DNA from: an uncultured Gemmataceae bacterium
GTDB lineage: Bacteria; Planctomycetota; Planctomycetia; Gemmatales; Gemmataceae
Direction of reading: 5' to 3'
DNA: 64,000 bases
Assembly: GCA_963750165.1 (NCBI GenBank)
Contig: CAVVPN010000004.1
Location: forward strand, 1,056,001 to 1,120,000
This document shows positions 37,856 to 47,266 of this stretch, one piece after another (within the stretch, counting starts at the first letter, position 1; every line of letters begins with the position of its first letter). Made by a program: the position numbers and the translations under genes. Under the pieces are notes generated by a model. That model saw nothing but the letters and a program-made list of their open reading frames with translations. It did no database searches and was not told the origin of the DNA.

Positions 37856-39331
37856 ATGCACCAGCCACGCTCCCACGGTCACCCCCTGCTCAACCGCCGC
37901 GCCTTCCTGCAAACCGCCGGCGGCCTTGGCAGCCTCGCGCTGATCAAGCTGCTCGCCGACCAGGGGCTGCTCGCCGACCCCATCCGGCCGAACATCCGCC
38001 CGGAGGCGCCGCTGGCGCCACGGCCGCCGCACTTTGAAGCGAAGGCGAAGCGCGTGCTGATGATCTTCTGTTCCGGAGCCGTCAGCCACGTCGATACCTT
38101 CGACTACAAGCCGGAACTGGTGCGGCGCGACGGGCAGGCGCTGCCGGGCGCGGATCGGCTGATTACCTTTCAGGGCGAGCAAGGCAACCTGGCGGCGCCG
38201 CGCTGGCGCTTTCGGCCGCGGGGACAGTCCGGGAAGATGATCTCCGACCTGTTGCCGAACCTCGCGGGGTTGGCGGACGACCTCTGTTTCATCCATTCGA
38301 TGACCGCCCGCTCCAACACGCACGGGCCGGCGGAAAACCAGATGTCCACCGGCTTCACGCTGGACGGCTTTCCGTCGATCGGCGCCTGGGTCAGTTATGC
38401 CCTGGGCAGTGAGAACGCCGACCTGCCGGCGTTCGTGGCGATCCCCGACCCGCGCGGGGTGCCGCAGGTGGGGCCGAACAACTGGGGCAGCGCCTTTCTG
38501 CCGGCCGTCTTTCAGGGGACCGCGTTCGGGGCGGATCGGCCGATTCCCCATCTGGCGCGGCCAGCCGAAATCACTCCGCAGGAGGACGAAGCGACGCGCG
38601 GTTTCTTGCGGGCGCTCAACGATGAGCATGCGCGACGGCACCCCGGCGACACGGAGTTGGCGGCGCGGATCGCCAGCTACGAATTGGCGGCGCGCATGCA
38701 ACTGCAGGCCGCCGAGGTCGGCGACCTGCGCGCGAACCGCGCCGGCCTGCTCGACCGCTACGGCTGTCACGATGCCAACCGCGTCAAGGCCGGCTTCGCG
38801 CGCAATTGTGTGCTGGCCCGTCGCCTGCTGGAGGCGGACGTCCGCTTCGTCCAGCTCTTCAACGGCGCCTACGCCATGGGCGAAGGGGTCGGCAACTGGG
38901 ACGGCCATCGCGCCATCAGAACCCAGTACGACGTCCACGGCCCCATCCTGGATCAGCCGTGCGCCGCCCTGGTGCGGGACCTGAAGCAGCGTGGCCTGTT
39001 GAGCGACACGCTGGTCGTCTGGGTGACGGAGTTTGGCCGCATGCCGACGTTTCAGCGCGGCGCGTCGGGCCGCGACCACAACCCGCATGGCTTCACCGTC
39101 TGGCTAGCCGGCGCCGGCGTCAAGCGCGGCTTCAGTTTTGGCGCAACCGACGAGTTCGGCTACCGGGCTGAGGAGCACCGCACGACCATCTACGACCTGC
39201 ACGCCACGATCCTGCATCTCCTGGGGTTGGATCACGAGCGGTTGAGCTTTTACCACAACGGCATCGAACGCCGGCTCACCGACGTGCACGGGCAGGTGGT
39301 GGAGGCTGTGCTGGCTGATGTCGGCGCTTAA
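37856..39331 (+). CDS. DUF1501 family protein
   Basis: [39 protein letters not shown]; the stop coincides with the IS end. Confidence 0.9.
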   Translation: MHQPRSHGHPLLNRRAFLQTAGGLGSLALIKLLADQGLLADPIRPNIRPEAPLAPRPPHFEAKAKRVLMIFCSGAVSHVDTFDYKPELVRRDGQALPGADRLITFQGEQGNLAAPRWRFRPRGQSGKMISDLLPNLAGLADDLCFIHSMTARSNTHGPAENQMSTGFTLDGFPSIGAWVSYALGSENADLPAFVAIPDPRGVPQVGPNNWGSAFLPAVFQGTAFGADRPIPHLARPAEITPQEDEATRGFLRALNDEHARRHPGDTELAARIASYELAARMQLQAAEVGDLRANRAGLLDRYGCHDANRVKAGFARNCVLARRLLEADVRFVQLFNGAYAMGEGVGNWDGHRAIRTQYDVHGPILDQPCAALVRDLKQRGLLSDTLVVWVTEFGRMPTFQRGASGRDHNPHGFTVWLAGAGVKRGFSFGATDEFGYRAEEHRTTIYDLHATILHLLGLDHERLSFYHNGIERRLTDVHGQVVEAVLADVGA

Positions 39332-40048
39332 TACGGCTTTGTTACTTGGGGTGGACAGTCGTATAATGTGGTATGAAACCCACAACCCGAGTCCCGCTCG
39401 CGCCAGCCGAGCCGTTGCCTGCGCTTTCCTGGTGGCGCAGGCCCGGCGGGGCGGCGCGGCCCGGCGGGCCGACGCCGTGGTGGCGGCGCAGCCGGCCCGG
39501 GGTTGGCGGACGGTGCGCTGGCGCGAGGGCAGCAAGGGCTGGCTGCGGTGCCGCGCCGTGGCGCTGCGCTGCTGGCGGGTGCGGCCCGACGGCCGGCGGC
39601 GGGCCGGCTGGCTGCTCGGAGAGGACGGCAGCGACGGCAAGCGGCGCTACCACTGGAGCAACTGCGGCCGGCGCGCGTCGCTGGGGCGGTTGTTGGAGTA
39701 CGCGCACCGGCGGCACTGGGTGGAGCGCTACCACGAGGAGGCCAAGGGGCTGCTGGGCTGGGACCAGTATCAGGGGCGGCTGTGGACGGGCTTCCACCGC
39801 AACAGCGTGTTGGTGATGCTGGCCTACAGCTTTTTGGTCCAGCAGGAGTGGCAGGCACGGCAGCAGGTCAGCCGACGCGGGCGCCCGCGTCGGCCTTTTT
39901 CCCCCTCGGCCCGACCGCCGACGGGCGTCGCTGCCTGAGGTCCACCGCCGCGTCTGTGACTGGCTGCTGGACCAGGCACGGCGCGAGCTCAATAGTCGCG
40001 AACACATTGCGCACTTCCGCCCACTACTTAACTGACAAAGCCGTATTA
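39329..40048 (+). mobile_element. Internally deleted IS701-family element (720 bp)
   Basis: Inverted repeats TAATACGGCTTTGTTACTT / AACTGACAAAGCCGTATTA (17/19). Transposase C-terminus RHWVERYHEEAKGLLGWDQYQGRLW joined out of frame to a short N-terminus. Confidence 0.85.
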
Positions 40049-40064
40049 GGGTGCTTCGGTACAT

Positions 40065-40113
40065 TCGACCGAAGTATCCAGGGTGATTCGCGCAACCGAC
40101 TCCGGTCCGACAC
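40065..40113. repeat. Repeat family R1, copy C
   Basis: 43/49 to copy A; 16 bp from the IS701 right end. Confidence 0.85.
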
Positions 40114-40185
40114 ACCTAATTGCAGATCGTCCGAAGCTTCCAAAGCGTATTGCGGGCATCGCTCCCCATCAAGCAAAGCACCCGG

Positions 40186-41304
40186 TCACACCCGCAGCAG
40201 TCGATCCCGGCCCGCAATGTCCCACGTCCCCACGAGCCGGCCGCCCTCGATGACATACGCCCGCTGGTGCATGGCGCACGTCGGGCAGATGTGCGTCGGG
40301 ATGGCGAACGCCTCGTCACCCGGCTGAAAGCGCGCCGCCGCGGGCGTCTCGATGACCAGGTGTTCCTCGTTCTGCAACACCGCCTCGTACTCGGGCACGT
40401 CCAGCAGGATGAGCCGCTTGCCCGCCGGCGGATCGCTGGCGACGGCCTTGTAGCCAAGGTCGAAGGTCACGCGCGTCGGCGTCGGCCGGCTGATGACGCG
40501 CGTCAACAGCAGCGCCGCCGGCACGAAGCCGCTCAGATCCGCGAACCGACTGCCGTAGCCGTGGTCGTGCAGCACACAGGTTCCCGGCGCGAGTTCGACG
40601 CCCGGCAATTGCAATTTCGCGTGGACCGGAAACGTCGGCGTGCCGCCCAGTACCAGTCGCGGCACCGGCAGCCTCTGCTGTTCCAGCGCCGCGCGCATCT
40701 CCAGCACCGGACCTAGCTGGCGGTCCACTGCCTCCTGTCGGTCCGCGAGTGCCTCCTGATGATTGTGGCCGTCGTAGACGTGCAGGCCGCCGGGCGCCAG
40801 GCCGGGCAGGCGCGCGAACTGCTCGTAGAGCCGCGCCGCCTCCGGCCCGGGCGCAATGCCAGTGCGGTGCTGGCCGACGTCAATGTCCAGCAGCACGTCC
40901 GCGCGCAGGTTCGCGCCGGCCAGGGCCGCGGACAGGTCACGAGCCGCTTTTGGGTGGTCGCAGAGCACGGAGAACCGGCATTGCGGATACGTCTGCAATA
41001 GCTGGACGAACCGGCCGCAGTTGGGGCCGACGAGGTTGTACGCCAGCAGCACGTCAGGCACGCCGCAGGAGGCGACCAGGTCGGCCTCGGCGATGGTGGC
41101 GACCTTGTGTTTGGTGATGCCGGCGGCGAGTTCCAGGCGGACGATTTCGCGCGTCTTGTGCGTCTTGACGTGTGGCCGCAGCCGGTCGGCACTGCCGGCG
41201 ATTTCCAGGCAGCGGGCGATGTTCCGACGGATGAGGTCCTTGTAAAACAACAGCGCGGGGCTGAAGATCGCGGCGGTGTCGTGGACGGCGTATTGCGGGT
41301 TCAT
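40186..41304 (-). CDS. D-threonine aldolase / DSD1-like PLP enzyme
   Basis: LRPHVKTHK, GQHRTG, HVYDGH, EEH, PTHICPT. Confidence 0.88.
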   Translation of the reverse strand: MNPQYAVHDTAAIFSPALLFYKDLIRRNIARCLEIAGSADRLRPHVKTHKTREIVRLELAAGITKHKVATIAEADLVASCGVPDVLLAYNLVGPNCGRFVQLLQTYPQCRFSVLCDHPKAARDLSAALAGANLRADVLLDIDVGQHRTGIAPGPEAARLYEQFARLPGLAPGGLHVYDGHNHQEALADRQEAVDRQLGPVLEMRAALEQQRLPVPRLVLGGTPTFPVHAKLQLPGVELAPGTCVLHDHGYGSRFADLSGFVPAALLLTRVISRPTPTRVTFDLGYKAVASDPPAGKRLILLDVPEYEAVLQNEEHLVIETPAAARFQPGDEAFAIPTHICPTCAMHQRAYVIEGGRLVGTWDIAGRDRLLRV

Positions 41305-41415
41305 GGCTTGGCACCCTGGCGGCGACGGTGGCGGTGGCACGTTGCCCGCTATGGTAGGTGGCAGCCGCGGCCCTGTCACGCGGAAAACGCGGTGCGTGAA
41401 CGGCGGAGGTTTGTC

Positions 41416-42632
41416 GTGGAGTCCAACGAACCAGGAAAACAACTCGACCGGCGCGCGTGGCTGCGCTGGGCGGGAGCGACGGGCCTGGCCGGGCTGCTGC
41501 CGGCCGGATGTGGGCAGAGGCCGCAGGTGGCCCCGCCTGATTCGGCGCCGCTGATGCGCTTCCCGCAAAAAGTCGCGCTGCGCGTGCTCAGCGACCGCGC
41601 CCCCTGCCTGGAAACGCCCTGGCGCTACTTCCGCCACGACCTGACGCCCAACGAGGCCTTTTACGTCCGCTGGCACCTTGAAGCGATCCCGACGCGCGTG
41701 GACCTGGCGACCTGGCGGCTGCGCGTCGGCGGCCACGTCCGGCAGCCGCTGGCGCTGTCGCTGGACGACCTGCGCGGCATGGAGGCGGTCTCGGTGGTGG
41801 CGGTCAACCAGTGCTCGGGCAACTCGCGGAGTTTCTTCGCGCCGCGCGTGCCCGGCGGCCAGTGGTTCAACGGCGCGATGGGCAACGCCCGCTGGACGGG
41901 GGTCCGCCTCCGCGACCTGCTGCGGCGGGCGGAAGTGCGGGCCGGGGCGGTGCAGGTCTCCTTCAACGGCCTGGACGAGGGGCCGCTGCCGACGGTGCCC
42001 GACTTCATCAAGGCCCTCGACTTGGACCACGCCGAGCAGCCCGAGGTGCTGGTCGCTTACGAAATGAACGGCGCCCCGCTGCCGCTGCTGAACGGCTTCC
42101 CGGCGCGCCTGATAGTGCCCGGCTGGTACGCGACGTACTGGGTCAAGGCGCTGTCCGACATCATCGTGCTGGACCGCCGCTACACCGGCTTCTGGATGGC
42201 CAGTGCTTACCGCATTCCGACGACGCCCGGGGCGAACGAGACGCCGCAGGCGCTCGCCCCGGCCGCGGAGACGTGTCCGATCAACCGCATGAACGTCCGC
42301 TCGTTCTTCGTGCGCCCCGACCCAGACGCCCGGGTGCCGGCCGGCCAGGCTTGTCCGCTGGAGGGCATCGCCTTCGACGGCGGGGCCGGCATTCGCACGG
42401 TGGAAGTCTCGACCGACGGCGGCAGCTGGACGGCGGCGCGGCTGGGCGAGGACCTGGGCCGGTTCTCGTTCCGCCGCTGGCACGCCGAGTGGACGCCGCC
42501 GCGCGCGGCGACTACCGCTTGCAAGTCCGCGCCGTCAGCAACGCGAACGAGCGCCAGCCGACCCAGGCCAACTGGAACCGCGGCGGTTACATGCGCAACG
42601 TCATCGAGGAAATCCGCGTGACTTCGGAATGA
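41416..42632 (+). CDS. Sulfite-oxidase-family molybdoenzyme, SorA-like, Tat-exported (frameshift near 42500)
   Basis: DRRAWL Tat motif; FYVRWH, QCSGNSR, GAMGNARWTG, NGFPARLIVPGWY; the C-terminus WNRGGYMRN lies in another frame. Confidence 0.85.
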
Positions 42633-42669
42633 TGAATGATGAATTGTCTTCCATTCATTATTCAGCGTC

Positions 42670-42779
42670 TGTTCCAGAAGGGTTGGGGCCCGAGTTGGAG
42701 TCCCGGCTTGAGCCGGGTTTACAGCCGAACCCGGCTCAAGCCGGGACTCCAACCCCGACGGAACGCCCCTTTCGGAACA
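42670..42779. repeat. REP/MITE-like hairpin
   Basis: Perfect 26-bp arms at 42694-42719 and 42728-42753 inside imperfect outer arms TGTTCCAGAAGGG / CCCTTTCGGAACA. Confidence 0.8.
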
Positions 42780-42861
42780 ACCAAGTTCACGTGCGGGCCG
42801 AGTGGGCTGGGCGTGTCCGATTAACCTCAGATGGCCCGTCACGTGCAACGGTTGGTTCGGC
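42772..42861 (-). other. attC-like site 1
   Basis: Minus strand: GCCGAAC-5nt-GTTGCACGTG-A-CGGGCC...GGCCCG-CACGTGAAC-6nt-GTTCCGA, with two unpaired bases; 4 nt after the PIN stop. Confidence 0.8.
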
Positions 42862-42865
42862 CCGC

Positions 42866-43246
42866 CTACCGGATGTAGGGCTGGCCCGTCACGAGGCCGG
42901 GCACGATCCGGTAGTGCTTGTCGTTGAACGTACACAACTCTGCCGAAAGACCGACGGTGATGGCCGCGATCAGGGCGTCCAGCAACCCGAGTCCGTGCGA
43001 CAGGTGGAAGGCTGTAAAGTCGGCCAGTGCCCGCTGGCAGTCCGCGGTCGTCGGCCAGACGATGGGCAGGGGGGCGGTCAGTCGCAACACATCGCGAACC
43101 TGCCCGGCGTTCTGCGCCCCCTGGATCAACTCCATGACGACCAGCCCGGGCACAGTCGGCAGTTCAGTGAGGCCTGCGAACCAAGCCAGGGCGGCGGCGT
43201 GCCCGCGTTACACGTCGATCAGTACGTCGGTGTCGAGGACGAGCAT
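42866..43246 (-). pseudogene. PIN-domain (VapC-like) toxin with a premature TAA at codon 13
   Basis: MLVLDTDVLIDV*RGH...EL...DALIAA...TFNDKHY. Confidence 0.8.
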
Positions 43247-43251
43247 CGCGG

Positions 43252-43509
43252 TTAGGCTCCGCGGCGCTGCGCCCGATCGCGGAGGCGGCGGCCTTCCGCT
43301 TGGGCATCGGTAATGTCCGGTCGGCTGCCGACCAAGCCCTCGGCCCGCCAGAAGGCGACGAGGTCCGCACCGCTCCGAACCGCGGCCACGGCCGGCCGGG
43401 CGGACGTAAGTAGGCGAACGGCATAATCGGGCAGCGACAACCCCAGGCGCGATGCCTCGTCGGTCAGGGCCTCGGCCAGATCATCGGGTAGTTCAACGGT
43501 CTGAGGCAT
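43252..43509 (-). CDS. Putative antitoxin (RHH-like)
   Basis: MPQTVELPDDLAEALTDEASRLGLS; 5 nt upstream of the PIN gene. Confidence 0.7.
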   Translation of the reverse strand: MPQTVELPDDLAEALTDEASRLGLSLPDYAVRLLTSARPAVAAVRSGADLVAFWRAEGLVGSRPDITDAQAEGRRLRDRAQRRGA

Positions 43510-43610
43510 GGTTCGTCTCCCACGGCAGCGATTTTAACACCCCGATTTTCTATGGTCCCACGAACCGCCCCGGGCGTCAACAGCTCATCAGGACGGCCCT
43601 ACTTCAGAAG

Positions 43611-43699
43611 GCCGAACGCCCCAGTTCAGGTGCGGGCCACTCGACTCAATGTGTCCGTGTAGACTCAGTTGGCCCGTCACCTGCAGCCGCTGGTTCGGC
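43611..43699 (-). other. attC-like site 2
   Basis: GCCGAAC-5nt-GCTGCAGGTG-A-CGGGCCA...TGGCCCG-CACCTGAAC-6nt-GTTCGGC. Confidence 0.85.
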
Positions 43700-43741
43700 T
43701 CGGTATTTCTATCCGTTGGTGCTGGACCTCGCAATCTCCAT

Positions 43742-45424
43742 TTACCGCCTCAACAGGCGTGTTGACAGTGCGTCGCGTAGTGCCGCCTCGCGGGCGGCGA
43801 GGAAAGCGTCGAGGTTATTCTCCTCCATCGCTTTGATTCCATCAGCCGTGATAAAGTGCGCCTTAAACGTCAAGGCAAGCGACATCTTGTCACCCCCGTG
43901 GGAATCCAGGCAGACCTGAAGGAACTCTGCGGGCAACTTGTCGCTCTTTTTGCGGTTAGTGTCCTTGTGAATCACGGATAGACCAAAGATGTTCTTGGCC
44001 GCCGCGGGAAACTTCGACACCGGGAAGACGTGATCTACCTCGCAATCCTCCAGCTTGACCGATTGACCGTTGATGAAATCGGTCGCCCCATTAAGAACGA
44101 CCAGATTGTAGAATGCCTTAGCGAGTGCGGATGTGCGGGAGGCTTTTCGAATATCCGTAATGACGCTGGCAATGTCCGCCGTCATATAGGGAACAGCGGA
44201 ATCGTTTCCGAACCACGCGGCAACCGCCTTGTAATCAGCGTACGAGTGTGTCTCTACCGAACGAGCATAACGGCCGGTGAACACAGCTGTCCAGTACCAG
44301 CTGTCAATCTTGTCGTAAAACGCCTTCGCTCCGCCGAGAGATTGAGCCCTTTGAATGAGCGCTGCTAATGGGACGGCAATGCTCGTGTAAGGAAACAGGG
44401 GGATACGTTGTTTCTTCGCACGGAGTCGGACAGCGCCGTAGACGTCTCGCATCCGTGTAGCAGCTTTCTCAAGGTATTCGCGAGCGGCTTCCCACCGGTT
44501 GTAGAACTCTGCCTGGGCTTTGTTTTGATCAGCGCGCTGATCGACGAGCCCGAGAAGGTTCTTGTTTTTCGGCTCCCTCTCGTTGGACAGCGCCATTACG
44601 CGCAGCAGAGCCTCGGGTTCAACGATTTGCGGCTCGCCGCTCTTGATTTTTTGCTTTAGGTCGTTTAGCCGTATGCCGATCGGGTAGTACCGAGCTACTG
44701 CCAAATCGAAGATATCAAGGCGCGTACCGAGTCGGTTGATCCTCTCGAATGTACTCACGATCTCGTCGTCTGGCGTGTCGTGGGGCAGGGTGACGACGGC
44801 CACCTCATAATCAAGGATGCTCTGAAGAAGCCTGTTTAACTCGTCCCGTATGCCTGGCTCAATGGTGCTGCCGCGCGAATTCAGGTACTCGGTGAGCGTC
44901 TCCGGCGAGCGAAAAGACGCCATGCTCGGATAGCTCTGGACGTTGATGCCGGTATTTTGGACTAGAAACTCGAGGAATTTTTCCAAGAGCTTCTTCTCCT
45001 CCTTCGGGTGCAGCTTCCGGACGAGACCCTCGATCTTCTGAACTCCGACTACCTCTTGGCATCCAATCAAGTTGAGAAAGAACCGCGTAGGCAGAACCTC
45101 GTCTCGGAGCGAGACAGAAGGCTCGAAGAAAGCGTAAAAAAGGGAGGTAAGCCGCTGCTGCCCATCGAGGACGTAGCTAATGGTCACGTGGGTCTTCGGG
45201 TCAGCTTTTACCCCGGGAATCAAACGAGGAGCAAAGCGCAGGTTCGATGTCGGACTTTCAAGAAGCAGAAGAGTGCCAATGAAGTACCGATTGACGACCG
45301 AATTCAGGAGCTCCTCTACCTGTTTGAGAGTCCACACGAAATCACGTTGAAAGTCGGGAATGATTAGTTTCCCCGTACGAACGTCGTCAAGGAGTGACGG
45401 CAGTTTCCGTTCTTGGACTTGCAT
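43742..45424 (-). CDS. DUF262 plus HNH-like (GmrSD-type) putative restriction nuclease
   Basis: PDFQRDFVW, LDGQQRLTS, FERINRLG; C-terminal VDHVFP...N..KSDK; lower GC. Confidence 0.82.
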   Translation of the reverse strand: MQVQERKLPSLLDDVRTGKLIIPDFQRDFVWTLKQVEELLNSVVNRYFIGTLLLLESPTSNLRFAPRLIPGVKADPKTHVTISYVLDGQQRLTSLFYAFFEPSVSLRDEVLPTRFFLNLIGCQEVVGVQKIEGLVRKLHPKEEKKLLEKFLEFLVQNTGINVQSYPSMASFRSPETLTEYLNSRGSTIEPGIRDELNRLLQSILDYEVAVVTLPHDTPDDEIVSTFERINRLGTRLDIFDLAVARYYPIGIRLNDLKQKIKSGEPQIVEPEALLRVMALSNEREPKNKNLLGLVDQRADQNKAQAEFYNRWEAAREYLEKAATRMRDVYGAVRLRAKKQRIPLFPYTSIAVPLAALIQRAQSLGGAKAFYDKIDSWYWTAVFTGRYARSVETHSYADYKAVAAWFGNDSAVPYMTADIASVITDIRKASRTSALAKAFYNLVVLNGATDFINGQSVKLEDCEVDHVFPVSKFPAAAKNIFGLSVIHKDTNRKKSDKLPAEFLQVCLDSHGGDKMSLALTFKAHFITADGIKAMEENNLDAFLAAREAALRDALSTRLLRR

Positions 45425-45558
45425 AGGGGTCTCCGATGGGGCGGCTACGATGGGTCACAGTGAACTTCTACCGCGGGGAATGAAGTCGAACCTCGTGTCC
45501 ATCAGGATGCGATACAGTTCCTTCAATTCGGCTCTCGCCATGGCATACCCTCCGCGCC

Positions 45559-45620
45559 GCCGAACTGGTGATTCGTCCTCTGACGCTTGCCGCTTTGCTT
45601 CTCAGCGTTAATAGTTCGGC
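45559..45620 (-). other. attC-like site 3 (short, weak internal pairing)
   Basis: CGCCGAACT...AGTTCGGCG ends; 1 nt after the stop of the 45622 ORF. Confidence 0.55.
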
Positions 45621-45621
45621 G

Positions 45622-45993
45622 CTACTGACTCTCATCTGACACTTCAATGATCCGCGATCCCATCCCACGCGCCTCGGCGATTGCGGACTGAAAGTACTGG
45701 ACAGCAAATGCCGGATCGGGGATTGAATAGACGTGATCAGGCAGCCATTCAAGGTCTCGTTTGGCAGCTGAAAAGCTGTAGCGACCGAAGCGTTGCAGCT
45801 GATAACCAATGCGATTGTCGGACAATCGACGTTTCACGATTCGACGCGATTCACTGAAGCGATGAACGACAGCGCGGATAGTCGGTGGCTGGCCGACATA
45901 GTGGGCGTCGGGATTGACGATGTCCCGATGCTCAAACCCCGCATGTCGTTCGGAGTCCGTCAAATCCTCGGGGAACCAGTTCGAAGCCGCCAT
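45622..45993 (-). CDS. Hypothetical cassette protein (123 aa)
   Basis: GGAGG RBS just after GTTCGGC; bounded by attC-like sites. Confidence 0.6.
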   Translation of the reverse strand: MAASNWFPEDLTDSERHAGFEHRDIVNPDAHYVGQPPTIRAVVHRFSESRRIVKRRLSDNRIGYQLQRFGRYSFSAAKRDLEWLPDHVYSIPDPAFAVQYFQSAIAEARGMGSRIIEVSDESQ

Positions 45994-46024
45994 GATATCC
46001 TCCTTCAAGTGCTCCGCACCCTTT

Positions 46025-46152
46025 GCCGAACATGGTATTATTGCCAACTGCGCGGCCAATGCAACATTGCTTCGTCGGTTCTCGGCGTCTTTTTCGACGG
46101 ATTCCAACCTCGCGATGTTGCGTTATCCGCGCAGTTGTCAATAGCGTGCGCT
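46025..46152 (-). other. attC-like site 4 with a degenerate outer box
   Basis: 16/17 inverted repeat TATTGCCAACTGCGCGG / CCGCGCAGTTGTCAATA, inner GCAACAT/ATGTTGC, GTTCGGC at the cassette side. Confidence 0.5.
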
Positions 46153-46753
46153 GCACACGCTATCAAGACGACATTTTCGGGGCGGTACGCTGCCCTCAGG
46201 CGAGCGTACCGCCCCGAAAATCGGATTGCAAGGGAAAAAGCAAAAGGTCGTTTTCTACACTTGAAATCCGTTGTGTCTTACAGCGAAGCCCGCTCGCGCG
46301 TCCGAACAAGGATTAGGGCACGCCGCGCGCTCTATCAAGGATCGGTTTTCGGATTTTACGCTCCCAACAGGCGCCGGCGAAGCACGGCGCCTGTTGGGAG
46401 CGTAACCGCCCCGATTCCGAAATGCAAGAAGCGCGCGCCGGAAATCCGAAAAGCCACCGGCCGTGTCTCAAGAACCGCCTGAGAAAGCTACAATCCCGGG
46501 AGGTAATGTGCCTGAACAGCTTGTTAGTCGGCTTTCAAAAGCCGAGTATTACGGCCCAAAGCCGAGTAGCAAGGCCAAGTGGGAGGGTAAGGCCGTCGCC
46601 TTGCTATGTCAAGCGTCTAACTGACCGAGCAAATTCGTCACGCACTGCGTGACGAATCCGACGAGGCAGGTCCGGAGCGTCGGCGCCAAAATAATGTTTG
46701 GGCCTGACGGCGAATGGGGTATCCTGGACTCACCCCAACCCCGGAGGCGCGAC

Positions 46754-47059
46754 ATGGCACAGGTCCCCGCGTTGCAGGCGGCCTATGACGAGGTGGACAT
46801 CACCCCACCGCTGGGCGGTTCCATGCCCGGCTACTTCCGCGACCGATTGGCCACCGGCACGCTGGATCCGCTCAAGGCCAAGGCGCTCTACCTGCGGCGC
46901 GATACCGAGAGTGTTGCCCTGGTCGCCTGCGACCTGATCGGCGTGGGCGCCCCCATCGTCCGGCGCATCCGCACGGCCGTCGCCGGCCTGACCAAAAGCC
47001 CGCCGCGCCACGTCTGGGCGAAGACTGCGGCGGGGCTGCTCGAGGAACTGGCGGGCTGA
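46754..47059 (+). pseudogene. Neutral-ceramidase-like protein remnant (N-terminus joined to a C-terminal tail)
   Basis: VDITPPLGGSMPGYF...LDPLKAKAL...ALVACDLIG; breaks before the expected HTH motif. Confidence 0.65.
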
Positions 47060-47085
47060 GCCGATGCCGTGCGTTGCCAGCCGTT

Positions 47086-47233
47086 GCAAGGGCGTCAAAC
47101 CTGGCTCGCGTGGAGTTGGCGGCCTTGGCGGTCTTGCTCGAACCGGCAGCTTCAGGCATTGGCCGGCACGGCGCGGCAGGTCCGCCTGGCGCGGCGCGGC
47201 ACGTGACACGCCTGGCGGCCTTGGCGTTCTTGC
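47086..47233 (+). repeat. R3 terminal motif, copies 3 and 4
   Basis: GCAAGGGCGTC...TTGGCGGCC TTGGCGGTC TTGC (47086-47137) and CTGGCGGCC TTGGCGTTC TTGC ending at 47233. Confidence 0.7.
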
Positions 47234-47266
47234 TCATTATTCATCATTCCAGTGGAGGTGTCTGCC

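Larger units (their letters stand above)
42665..47233. mobile_element. 4.57-kb one-ended insertion with a 10-bp direct repeat
   Basis: TCATTATTCA at 42655-42664 and 47234-47243; excision restores an inverted repeat and a 55-bp sorA-sorB spacer. Confidence 0.8.
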
